Source: Corallochytrium limacisporum Hawaii | Lineage: Eukaryota; Protista; Pluriformea | DNA: 64,000 nucleotides | Direction: 5' to 3' | NCBI GenBank assembly: GCA_002811645.1 | Contig: PDIP01000088.1 | Span: 81,282-145,281 of the forward strand | Shown: positions 35,001 through 43,560 of the stretch, in pieces | Position numbering within the stretch: the stretch's first letter is position 1 | Layout of the letters: each line of letters opens with the position of its first letter | Program-made: the position numbers and the translations under genes | The notes under the pieces: generated by a model | The model's database searches: none | The model's input: only the letters and a program-made list of their open reading frames with translations | Told to the model about the DNA's origin: nothing

Positions 35001-35839
35001 GCAGACCGCCGAAGGCGGCAACTCTGAAGGCCCGCGCTGCGGCTGCATCGGTAGCTGACGCCACGAGCACAGCGACTCCCATGGCAGTCGATCCGCTCCG
35101 CCGCTCCGCGGGCCGCGGTAGCACGGGTCGCGCCCAGACTCCCACAGCAGGCGCAGTCCCCGAGCCCAGAACTATCCCCCAAGCTGGCAGTGCGTCCGCT
35201 CCCGCAACTGTCGCCAAGAAGGGCGGTGACGTCAAACTCGAAGCCACAGCCACCCCGACTGCAGGCGGGAAGCCACCGCTCCCGGACCGGTTTTGTGATT
35301 TTTGCCTTGGCAAGGACAATGAGAACCCACGAAAGACTGTTAAGGAGAAGCAGATCTTGCTGCACTGCTCGGAATGCCCGCGTGCGGGCCACCCGGAGTG
35401 CCTACAACTGCCCTCTGAGATCATTCCCGTGCTGCACTCCTATGATTGGGAGTGCATCGACTGCAAGGGATGTCTGCACTGTGGTTTGAAGGACCAAGAA
35501 GAAAAGATCCTCTTCTGCGACAAGTGCGACCGCGGCGCCCATCTGTTCTGTCTGGACCCGCCACTCGAACAGGCTCCTGATGGAGACTGGTTCTGCCAGA
35601 TCTGTGAAGGTGTACCAAAAAGTCGAGTGCGCAAGGTCGACCGCAGCGCCGAGGCTGCCATGGCCGAATCGCGGCACAAAGAGGAGCTGGCAAAGGCCAG
35701 CAGAGAAGCTGAGAAGAACCTGAAGAAGCGCTTCGGCACGACTGCGGGCGCGGAGACCGCGGGCAATACCCCGGGCAGCCACCAGAAGCGCAAGGCCAAA
35801 ATCAAGACACCGGGTTCTCGAAAGAAGGCAAAGAAATGA
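32024..35839 (+). CDS. AT-hook and double-PHD-finger (DPF/d4/PHF10/MOZ-type) chromatin protein
   Basis: AT-hooks KGGRPRK, KRGRGRPRK and KRGRGRPPK. C-terminal tandem PHD FCDFCLG...CSECPRAGHPECL...WECIDCKGCLHC...LFCDKCDRGAHLFCLDPPL...GDWFCQIC. First ATG 32024. Confidence 0.92.
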   Translation: MAETAPSVATPATAAESTRTQGSGNDAQTTAATPVSVPLKKQTGPPTTTTAPAAGSVAEHTATAAPAAAPTGNGNPVNDAHVRSVEQGKEYNEEVSAQRKSSGMGTLDLLTGAAQYMQVREYEEEKQRQTSSRSQSSHGTATAPNSRPQSQPGSYGANHDSGSRTAVAYSSRGPLLDQAPKAQNERKAAEQIAQRTKEAEESERVAKGRMQRSHDLNSLRQKERHLNEQGEPVGRRIHNAENGQQDSKATVPKAEHDSGHPQMAKDASVLKAPEDVLKDIEREHEAYRRASSAHSNPAPPTAQSYYGQHHHYTAPDRRDSYASSHGGYHDPRASTGSYSGTAGTATYDQGGHYAYNSQYYNTSSYYRQPSDPSNSGYTPVATQQQARRRPSVHHMYPSELPNPPSSTQNDQWAEDEKQRLRNHWDNYYRRYYADYYQDFYKRYMTNVKDKDAPGWDRQPVDLETSNRASQTEWHLVDMKRGVMLESSETERRSSGIVGEADSADTKSKRKGGRPRKDGTGSRTSISDSLGDGQSHSGQDQPGKRGRRSKAERRGSTPSSEPRVSASMGDDDSGNGEDKLSKRGRGRPRKEEGPAVPGEVTWQFGKSNMWSDMTSKVTAQEEARDGDRNRRNTIPEPPSGSYRVSAPAMKGGQEGAEAENTDPATAAAAAAAAAAAPAGEPPKAAKQSGAADGQSLSKKGKTSFVFVSNEPSKNRSKESSKMHKFTFFGPTMNRPVGGGTDFKGEDLDRVGRPKMRRAWQDGPLTQEEAAQQKKGSDEYEYDSVMDIVVKPSENPDQPTGIPRQKPIPASQKPALPDGRDKQPYVSKPTKAQMLTKEEQDKKTATSATTGQATVVPAVMDTRGSIQASTKDLLDYAQSTREMVTSVMKSTKPRHKPAIRKSSDGFLSPESSEDEDEDMEDERDSDDEDVAGASHGIAYNPMPLGKTFQMSEDLKKALTPRPAAALMSASATKVEGAETDSAEDGSAGPVKRGRGRPPKAATLKARAAAASVADATSTATPMAVDPLRRSAGRGSTGRAQTPTAGAVPEPRTIPQAGSASAPATVAKKGGDVKLEATATPTAGGKPPLPDRFCDFCLGKDNENPRKTVKEKQILLHCSECPRAGHPECLQLPSEIIPVLHSYDWECIDCKGCLHCGLKDQEEKILFCDKCDRGAHLFCLDPPLEQAPDGDWFCQICEGVPKSRVRKVDRSAEAAMAESRHKEELAKASREAEKNLKKRFGTTAGAETAGNTPGSHQKRKAKIKTPGSRKKAKK

Positions 35840-36074
35840 GCACGCGATCGGGTGTCCCAGAATCGCCACAGAACACAAACACACACCCACACACAAACAG
35901 CCAAAAGAGTTTTGTTTGGAAATTGTCTTTTAAATGAACTTACAAGTATATCTAGGTCTTTTTACCATGTCATGGGTCTACATCATGTTTCCGCTCACCA
36001 CCACCACCACGTATTGATTGCGCCGACCACCTAATGTCCCACAACTCGATTAATGTTCAAAACTGGTATGGGAT

Positions 36075-37505
36075 CTATTTCACACGCAGCTCCACACCGA
36101 GCTGTTCCGCGGCTTCCTCCATGACCTGCTCGTGCATAACGTTCACTTCCTCACCCCAGAACGTGCGCTCGAATGAGCGGTACGTGATGCGGAAGCACTT
36201 GGATCTTCGCGACGTCTTCGGATGCTTGAAGTCATCGATCAATTCAACCTTCTCAACTACGTCTCCGTGCAAACCACGCACGAGATCAAAGAAAGTATTG
36301 TCAGAGAATCCACCGCTCTGTGCCTGGTTGTCGCCACTGTCACCTTCTGGAAGCCAGAAGGCGATATCGCGCAGCGCCGGGCTGTGGTTTGAGAACGGCT
36401 GGTAGCGCTCCGGTAAATCTTTGGCTGCCTTTTCCGCACTGAACTGAGACAGGAACCGTTCGTCCCGACTCCAGAAAAGGCGAATGTCTGGCACGGCGTA
36501 ACGAATCATAGCCCATCGTTCGATGCCCAGTCCAAAGGCCCAGGCCACACGGTCTGGCACTCCAGCAGCTGCCATGATATCCTGCCGAGTCACACCACAG
36601 CCTAATACTTCAAGCCATTCACCACCGAACTGGATTTCAAGCTCGAAAGAAGGGTGCGTGAACGGGAAATACGCGTCGATCCAGCGCATTTCGGTGTCCT
36701 TGCCGAAGACCCGGCGACAGGCGCCCTCCAGACTGCGCTTCATATCCTCCACGACCAAAGACGTGGCTTCGGGCGTGACTCCGGCTTGGTTCAGGTCCGA
36801 ATGAACCACAGACGGATCAAAGACGGCCACTCCATCGGCCAATTTGCCACTAGCCCGGATCTCGTCCTCGGTCAAGGCTCGCTGCGCGTCCACTTGATGA
36901 AAGACCGGGTAATGGCTGGCGTCGATCTCGTCCCGGCGGTAGACATCGCCAGCCAGAACCCACGCGTGGTGACCCGACCGCAGCAAATCCGCCTGGTGTG
37001 CGGTGCAATGCGCCCTGAACAGCTGATTGCGGTTTACATAGTAGTTATCATGCCGACTACGGGCCTCGTGATCCGACGGGAAGAGCAGAGAATCAAAGTT
37101 CTGCTGAACTGTGACCACCGGGTGATAATCACTGAAGGCGGCAAAGCCCGTTCCCGAGGCAGAGTCTAGCACGTTGGATGGAGGCGGAAAGTCAGAGTCT
37201 TTGGCGTAGCCGTCAGCATCAGTAAAGTAGCTGAAGATCCTGCTGCGAACTATTCCGATGGGATGGTTTTCGTCCTGGTGAAGGTTCCATCCCACTTTGC
37301 TCAGTACTCGATCTGTGACGTTTGCGTAGTCGTCGAGTTCAAAAGCCTTACCATCAATGTCGATGGTGCCTTGTTTTGGGACACTTGCTCCACTACAACG
37401 CGCGGCCGAAGTGACAAAGGGCGCAAACAATCGTTGCGACGTACCATATACAATAGCCCGGCGGCTGTGCCGTAGAGCGTATCTGTAGACGCCTGCCAGA
37501 GACAT
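36075..37505 (-). CDS. FARS2: Mitochondrial phenylalanyl-tRNA synthetase (monomeric, C-terminal FDX-ACB domain)
   Basis: QNFDSLLFPSDH, RAHCTAHQ, GDVYRRDEIDASHYPVFHQ, YFPFTHPSFELEI, WLEVLGCG, AFGLGIERWAM motifs. ATG 37505 precedes a presequence-like stretch. Confidence 0.96.
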   Translation of the reverse strand: MSLAGVYRYALRHSRRAIVYGTSQRLFAPFVTSAARCSGASVPKQGTIDIDGKAFELDDYANVTDRVLSKVGWNLHQDENHPIGIVRSRIFSYFTDADGYAKDSDFPPPSNVLDSASGTGFAAFSDYHPVVTVQQNFDSLLFPSDHEARSRHDNYYVNRNQLFRAHCTAHQADLLRSGHHAWVLAGDVYRRDEIDASHYPVFHQVDAQRALTEDEIRASGKLADGVAVFDPSVVHSDLNQAGVTPEATSLVVEDMKRSLEGACRRVFGKDTEMRWIDAYFPFTHPSFELEIQFGGEWLEVLGCGVTRQDIMAAAGVPDRVAWAFGLGIERWAMIRYAVPDIRLFWSRDERFLSQFSAEKAAKDLPERYQPFSNHSPALRDIAFWLPEGDSGDNQAQSGGFSDNTFFDLVRGLHGDVVEKVELIDDFKHPKTSRRSKCFRITYRSFERTFWGEEVNVMHEQVMEEAAEQLGVELRVK

Positions 37506-38106
37506 GGCTCTTTCTGTATTCGTTGAAACTAAGCCCTCTGTACTGAACGGAGCAGCAAAATAAAAAGCTCTTATTGATTGCTGTGTTTTTCCAGTCACAT
37601 CCTTGTTTTTAGTTTAGCCAGCTGATCTGTCCCTTACCACAGTGGCGTTGACTATGATATACCATAAGTTTACGAGTCTCAGTCTTGTCCATAGCTGTCA
37701 ACTTGCGTGGGCCTGAACCTTCCCCGAGGTTGTTGGATACGAGCGGCAAACCAACATTGACCCGCTCGCCGCCGCCAGGAGACGAAAGACCCTGGAAGCT
37801 GGCCAAGTTTTGTGTACAGTAGCGGGGAGAGTCGCACCTCGGCCACAACCACGGGCGGCGGGTCGAGTCGCGTGGGGGGGGGGAGAAGATTGCGAAGCCC
37901 CCCGCCCCCCGGGGGTCAGAAGCGGGGGTTTGGTGTGTTCCCTGTCGAACCCGGTCCAGCCTTGAGGCACCCTCGGCAGCAACTTCATGCTACTTCAGAG
38001 ACGACTGAAAGGACTATAAGTCACCCGGCCGACAGAGAAGGCAAGGAGAAAGCCTACTGTTCTAGTAAAATAATGGCGACACAAGAAGCAGAATTCTAAA
38101 GAAAGA

Positions 38107-39450
38107 ATGGAGGATGACGTGTTTGTGGACCAGAGAGAATCCATTGGTCCGGTGGCTCCGTGTGCCTGTCCGCAGGAGCGTGGCTTGATCATCGCACTCT
38201 ACAACTATACAGAGCACTTAATTTCAGAGTCTGAGATTGGCGAGACTATTGACCTTTTGGAAACAGAGATCACAACGCTGCGCAGACGGGCGGCAGAATC
38301 AGAGGAGGGACTCCCAGGAGTCTCCGGCAAACTTCGAATCGGCGTAGAAGGTATCAATGGGACTTTTGCGGGACCTACGGAGGACTGTGAGGCTCTCTTG
38401 AAGCTTATTGATCAGCAAATGGCTCGGTTCAAAGATGACAGCGCAGATGAAGATATCAACCGATGGTCCAGGTTGTACTCAAAGTCCGTAGTAGACTCAG
38501 GATGTGCGCATGTATTCCCTTGGGATCATCTGCGCGTAAAGCATGTGCCAGAGCTGGTACCGTTGGGGATTGAAGCCACAAAGGTTCGACCGGGCAAAGG
38601 ATGTCATGTCAGTCCGGACGAGTTCAGAGAGTACGTGTTGCAGGCGGCACGGACCAGTCGAAACCCAGGTCAAAAGAATGTCCGGGAAAGTGAGGGAAAG
38701 GCAACCGCAGATGATGTGGTCCTCCTGGACTGCCGGAATTGGTATGAATGGAAATTGGGTCATTTTGAAGGCAGCATTTTACCACCAACGCGGAAGTTTA
38801 GTCAGCTCCCAGAATGGCTGCAGCGCAACGAACACAAGTTCAAGGACAAGACTGTCGCTATGTACTGTACTGGAGGCGTACGCTGTGAGCGGGCAGCGGC
38901 GCTCCTAGAGCCGTTGGCAACTCGCGTGGTTCAGCTGGACGGTGGCATCCATCGCTACCTGCGCGAAGAAGCAGAGAATATAAACAGAAGCCGGAGAGGC
39001 AGCCAGAGTGAGCTCGAGGTCGAAACCCGACCAATGCAACCGTCCCTCTACAAAGGCAAAATCTATGTCTTCGACGCCCGGCAGAGCATCCGGCCATGCA
39101 ACACAGCGGTTCCTGCGGCTGATGATGCCATTGTCGGCGAGTGCGATACCTGCGCTGAATCGTGGGAGGTGCTTCGACGCTGTTCGAATCCGATTTGCGG
39201 TGAATTCGTCCTTCGCTGTCCGCGGTGCTGGAAGGAACTGAGCTACTGCTGCCTGGTCTGTGCGGAGGCTGGACCACAGAGCCTGGAGGCCGCCATGAAA
39301 GCACAGACGACGGATCTCACCACAAAAACGGACGACAGAGGCGCCCAATTGGAGCTCGGTAAGAGTCTTCTGAAAAGGGCTAGAAAGTCTCGCGGTGTCT
39401 GCATTTGCGAAAGACAAAGGGCAGCTGCGCTGCTGGAGACCTTGGCATGA
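38107..39450 (+). CDS. TSTD2: Rhodanese-domain protein TSTD2/TrhO (YceA)-like
   Basis: GKLRIGVEGINGT, LLDCRNWYEWKLGHF, MYCTGGVRCE, QLDGGIHRY, YKGKIYVFDAR and a C-terminal Cys cluster. Confidence 0.9.
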   Translation: MEDDVFVDQRESIGPVAPCACPQERGLIIALYNYTEHLISESEIGETIDLLETEITTLRRRAAESEEGLPGVSGKLRIGVEGINGTFAGPTEDCEALLKLIDQQMARFKDDSADEDINRWSRLYSKSVVDSGCAHVFPWDHLRVKHVPELVPLGIEATKVRPGKGCHVSPDEFREYVLQAARTSRNPGQKNVRESEGKATADDVVLLDCRNWYEWKLGHFEGSILPPTRKFSQLPEWLQRNEHKFKDKTVAMYCTGGVRCERAAALLEPLATRVVQLDGGIHRYLREEAENINRSRRGSQSELEVETRPMQPSLYKGKIYVFDARQSIRPCNTAVPAADDAIVGECDTCAESWEVLRRCSNPICGEFVLRCPRCWKELSYCCLVCAEAGPQSLEAAMKAQTTDLTTKTDDRGAQLELGKSLLKRARKSRGVCICERQRAAALLETLA

Positions 39451-39682
39451 AGTGGGTAGGTGACTGCCCATGAGCAATCCCTATTGACGGCACAATCCTG
39501 ATAGAAGGTATGTAATCAATATATAAAGGAAAATGATCTCGGAGAAATAACAATCTGTTGTGATGACCAAGAGAGTGGATATTTGTCCTCTAAAGACGTG
39601 ACGATGGTGAATGCGAGGATGGATGCCCACAGTTCTTCCGCGCGGGACCATGACGATGATTGTAGTCGTGACCCGAGCGTGG

Positions 39683-41038
39683 TCAGCCGGCCTCGCAAGC
39701 CTTCAGCTTCTCCACCGATGCCTGCGCTGCTTTCACAAGTCCCAGTCCACGATGGTCGCCCAATGCAGCCAATCCCAATGCAGTCATGGCGTAGCCCACG
39801 GCAAGGTCATGTTCAGAGTCGTAGAGGATCAATGATCCACCGTATCCACCCCAGCCCTTGGCTCGGAGTCCATGGATCTCAGGCGTGAACAAACCCCAAC
39901 CACCTGTGTTATATTTCACAGGGCGGTAAAGAACCTTGTCCAGTGTCTTGCTGTGATCCTCCGGGATGGTCTCAGCATAGACCACCGTATCTTCCGAAAG
40001 AATCCGCACACCGTCAATCTCTCCATGGTTGCAGAGCATGGCCGCAAGCCGTGCCATGCTCCAGGCATTGCTGAAACCGTTGTGCGAGGCACCAAGCACG
40101 GCCTGACCGACTGGCTTGTTGAAGTTGGTTTCCGAATGCCTAATGCTGTAGCTCAGCGCTCGCCGTGGGTAGGAGTTTTGGTCCCGGAGACGGGGAATAA
40201 GCTTCTTCGAGATCTTGGGCATCTGGTTGTACGGATTCGTGTAGAAATAGTCAGCTACCGCATTCGGCAGTATGGTCTGGGGCAAAATCTGCGTGAACAT
40301 GTCTTTGGGGCCCATAAAAGTTAGTGGACTGACTCGCTTCAAGTGTTCTAGCTCCGTGAGGCCAATGTAGAACTCGATGCCGAGAGGGTCACAGATCTCT
40401 TCCTTGGCAAATTCGCGGATGCTGCGTTTCTTGGGATCCACTCGGCGGATAATTTGATTGACGTACAGACCACGGGTGGTGGCATGGTAGCCGAAAGGCT
40501 TGGGGTAGCCTTCAAAATTTGTGGCCTGGGCGGCCAGATAGTCACCTAGCGCGTCCTGGTTCTCCGCGTGGCACTCTTCGACCGATAGGCGCCGGTCAAG
40601 GACGGCGAGCCCGGCGCGGTGCTGCATGAGATCCCGGACTGTAATTTGTTCCTTGTCATTCTGAGCGAATTCCGGCCAGTGCTTAGCAATTGGGTCGTCA
40701 TAGTGGAGATAACCACGGTCGTGGCACACGGCAATGCACACAGCCTCCAGCAACTTTGTGCTTGAGAAGACCATCTGCAGACAGTCTTCCGAGTAGGGGT
40801 CAGCGTTTCCGTCGGTTGGATTGCCGCCCTTACAGCCGCCCACCAAGCGCACAACCTCCTTGCCCCGGAAGTATACCGCCGCACTGGCTCCCAGATCGTT
40901 ACCGCTCTCGATCGAGTGTTGGAAAAAGTCCTTGACGTCCTCAAAGCCAGGTTCACACTTCAGCACAGTGACCTTGCGGTGGGGTCGGTCTCGGTGCTTA
41001 GGTGCATCGTAGTTCCAGACGGCACTGAGGTAGTCCAT
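39683..41038 (-). CDS. Beta-lactamase-fold serine hydrolase (family VIII esterase/class C-like)
   Basis: SxxK (FSSTK), YDDPIAKHWPEFAQNDK.ITVRDLMQHRAGL, GYHA and WGGYGGS motifs. ATG 41038. Confidence 0.92.
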   Translation of the reverse strand: MDYLSAVWNYDAPKHRDRPHRKVTVLKCEPGFEDVKDFFQHSIESGNDLGASAAVYFRGKEVVRLVGGCKGGNPTDGNADPYSEDCLQMVFSSTKLLEAVCIAVCHDRGYLHYDDPIAKHWPEFAQNDKEQITVRDLMQHRAGLAVLDRRLSVEECHAENQDALGDYLAAQATNFEGYPKPFGYHATTRGLYVNQIIRRVDPKKRSIREFAKEEICDPLGIEFYIGLTELEHLKRVSPLTFMGPKDMFTQILPQTILPNAVADYFYTNPYNQMPKISKKLIPRLRDQNSYPRRALSYSIRHSETNFNKPVGQAVLGASHNGFSNAWSMARLAAMLCNHGEIDGVRILSEDTVVYAETIPEDHSKTLDKVLYRPVKYNTGGWGLFTPEIHGLRAKGWGGYGGSLILYDSEHDLAVGYAMTALGLAALGDHRGLGLVKAAQASVEKLKACEAG

Positions 41039-42781
41039 GATGATCACTGGTTGCAGCTAAAGTCTCTTTGGGAATCCTCTGGACTGCGTGACTCAACAGT
41101 CCTTCTGAATGATGAGCACTGACGCGCCTGGTATCATTTGTTAAGTACCCTTCAGTCGAGATCACTGTGGGCTAAAGATATCATACCCACGCCTCCTCAG
41201 TGGTTCACTGTGCACTGCTCAGGTTAACCTCGATATCATATTTCCTGGCGGAGGTGTGGTCCCACTGCGCAGCGTACCTGAACATTTGTGTGCCTGTTAC
41301 GCGCCCTTACAGTGCGTCGACTCACGAACACTCACACACACAAGCCAGCCCACACCCCGTGAGGGATTAGCCCAAAAGCGCGTTCGGCCCGACGGGGCTC
41401 AAGCGATAGGGGGAAAAGGTGGGCGGAACCCGTGCCCGTGTATTATTTTCGTTCCGGCTTTGTGCGTGCGTTGAACAAGGGCGGATACATACCCGTGCAA
41501 AGGGGTAGAACAGCCCCACTGCAGCACCACCACCACACACACACACACACTCCTTTTTTATCATCAGTCCGGTTTCCTCCCATCTCCGCAACGACCAACC
41601 GGGTACCAACCAGATACCACTGGACACACACGTATCAGGAGTATTGGGGTTGGGGTAAGGCCTAAGCCTTCTCTCTTTTCTCCCTCGCTCTCTTCTCTTT
41701 TCTCTTTTTTTTTTTTTTTCCCTTCTGCCCCGGGTGAGGGGCGGCCCCCCTCCCCCCCTCCCTAAGTTTCCTTCTCTGTTTTTGGTCATTCTATCAGCCG
41801 ACCGGTCACCAGACAGCCCAGCGTACGCGTCACCACTTCCACGAAGAACCATAGGCGCAAAAAGCTTATATTATTGTACACAAGCAAAGAAGAAGAACAA
41901 AAGGGAGAAATAGACCACCAAACCGGGAGCCCGTCCCACTTCCCCCCGTCACCTCCCCGGGTGGCTTTAAAGACATACACACACACACACACACACAGAG
42001 CCAGCGAGGGGCCAGGAAGGCAGATGCGGCGGCGGCGCAAGCGAGGCCTGGGTTGTATGCCGGAAGACGGGAAGAGCATGCCAAACTGAGGTACGCACTG
42101 GGAGCCGCAGTCCCCGCCAGTAGAGCACTCCGTTCAGAGGAAAACATGGGTATATAACCTGACAGCCGCTGCTGGTGCCGCACTCCTCTGAGCGGCAGCC
42201 ATGTATGTGTGTGTGTGTGTGTTGGTTGTGGGGGGCCCTTGGCTTCTTTTGGAGGGCCGCGGGGGTGAGGGTTAAAAGTGCGTGACCTGCGGGAAGAGAG
42301 GAGAGAGATTGGAAGCGCCACTACGCGGTTCTCCCCGCCCTCCACCGTCCTCTCCAGGGCCCAAGGGAGAGGAACGACGGTGGTGCGTTGCACCACTATC
42401 GTCGCTCATACAGCATCCCATTTCTATACTGAACGTATGGACAAAAGATGACGACAAGGGCAAAAGGACCGAAATTTGACGACGGTGCCCCTTTTTCTTT
42501 TTGGGTGTTCTTGCTCTCCTTTGGTTCCTGTTCCTCTTCGGTTGTCCTTTTTGGCCCTCCGGAGAGTGTGGTACGAGTCGACAAGTGCTTGAGCACCACC
42601 GCGACACGGGAACGAAGCGAGCGACAGCGAGAGAGACAGACAGATAGACAGACACACACACACACACACACCGCGAGAGAGCCAGTGCACAAGAACCGGG
42701 AGCGATGGGACGAGGATGTCGGAGAGGAAGGAGAAGGGAAGGAGGAAGGGGGCCTGGGGAGGACACCGGTTTTGGTGGCCT

Positions 42782-42792
42782 AGAGAGAGAGC

Positions 42793-42826
<34 letters not shown>

Positions 42827-42850
42827 GGGAGAGGGAGAGGGAGAGAGAGA
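42782..42850. repeat. (GA)n/(GAGAGG)n microsatellite
   Basis: Purine-rich GA tract upstream of the minus-strand hydrolase gene. Confidence 0.9.
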
Positions 42851-43560
42851 TAGTTTCTTCAGCGTGTTTTCGCGTTTTTGCCTCTTTCCTTCGGGACTGG
42901 GTTCGGCACCCCTTTTTTGCCCCTTGTCATTATCCCTGGTGCCGGGAGTTCTAAAAATAAAAATCACCGTGACCAGGTGGCGAGAGGAGACCCCAGAACG
43001 CGCAGAAGCTTTGTACACCGACTCGCCTTCTGTGTGGTGGTTGGATCCAATTCCGTGTACAGCATGCACGGAGGCTGTAGATTGGATGTCTAAGGCGATG
43101 GTTGCTGATCACAAGTGTGAGATAGAGCATGACACAGCGCCGATGAGGTGGCAGGACCGCGCGTTACCAACCCGGCTGCCTTTCGAGAAGTTACTCAGGT
43201 GTGCGGTGGAAAGAAAGGGGGGGGGAACCATAATCATGAAAATTAATATACGGAAATATTTATAACCGCCATTGAAGTAAATAGATTATACGGACATTTA
43301 TAATTTGGTTTAACCGTCGTTCTCAGGTCCACCTGGGAGGGTGCATGAGATTGGGGCTGAGCGTTTGTGCTCAGAGCCACGGTGGTTCGACGACAGTCTA
43401 AGAGATAATCTTCAGAAGCAATAACTATCCTAGGGTGCAGTGAACGATGATGGAAGACTATACTATGTTATGCTTTATAAATGTTGGGAATGGAAACATG
43501 TGAAATGTAAAAGAAAATGGATACGCGGGTATGAAAGGTTTGGTTTACAGACCTCGCTCG

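Noticed and set aside
39683-41038. Antibiotic-resistance beta-lactamase
   Set aside because: The motifs fit the widespread family VIII esterase-like hydrolases; no signal peptide or mobile context.
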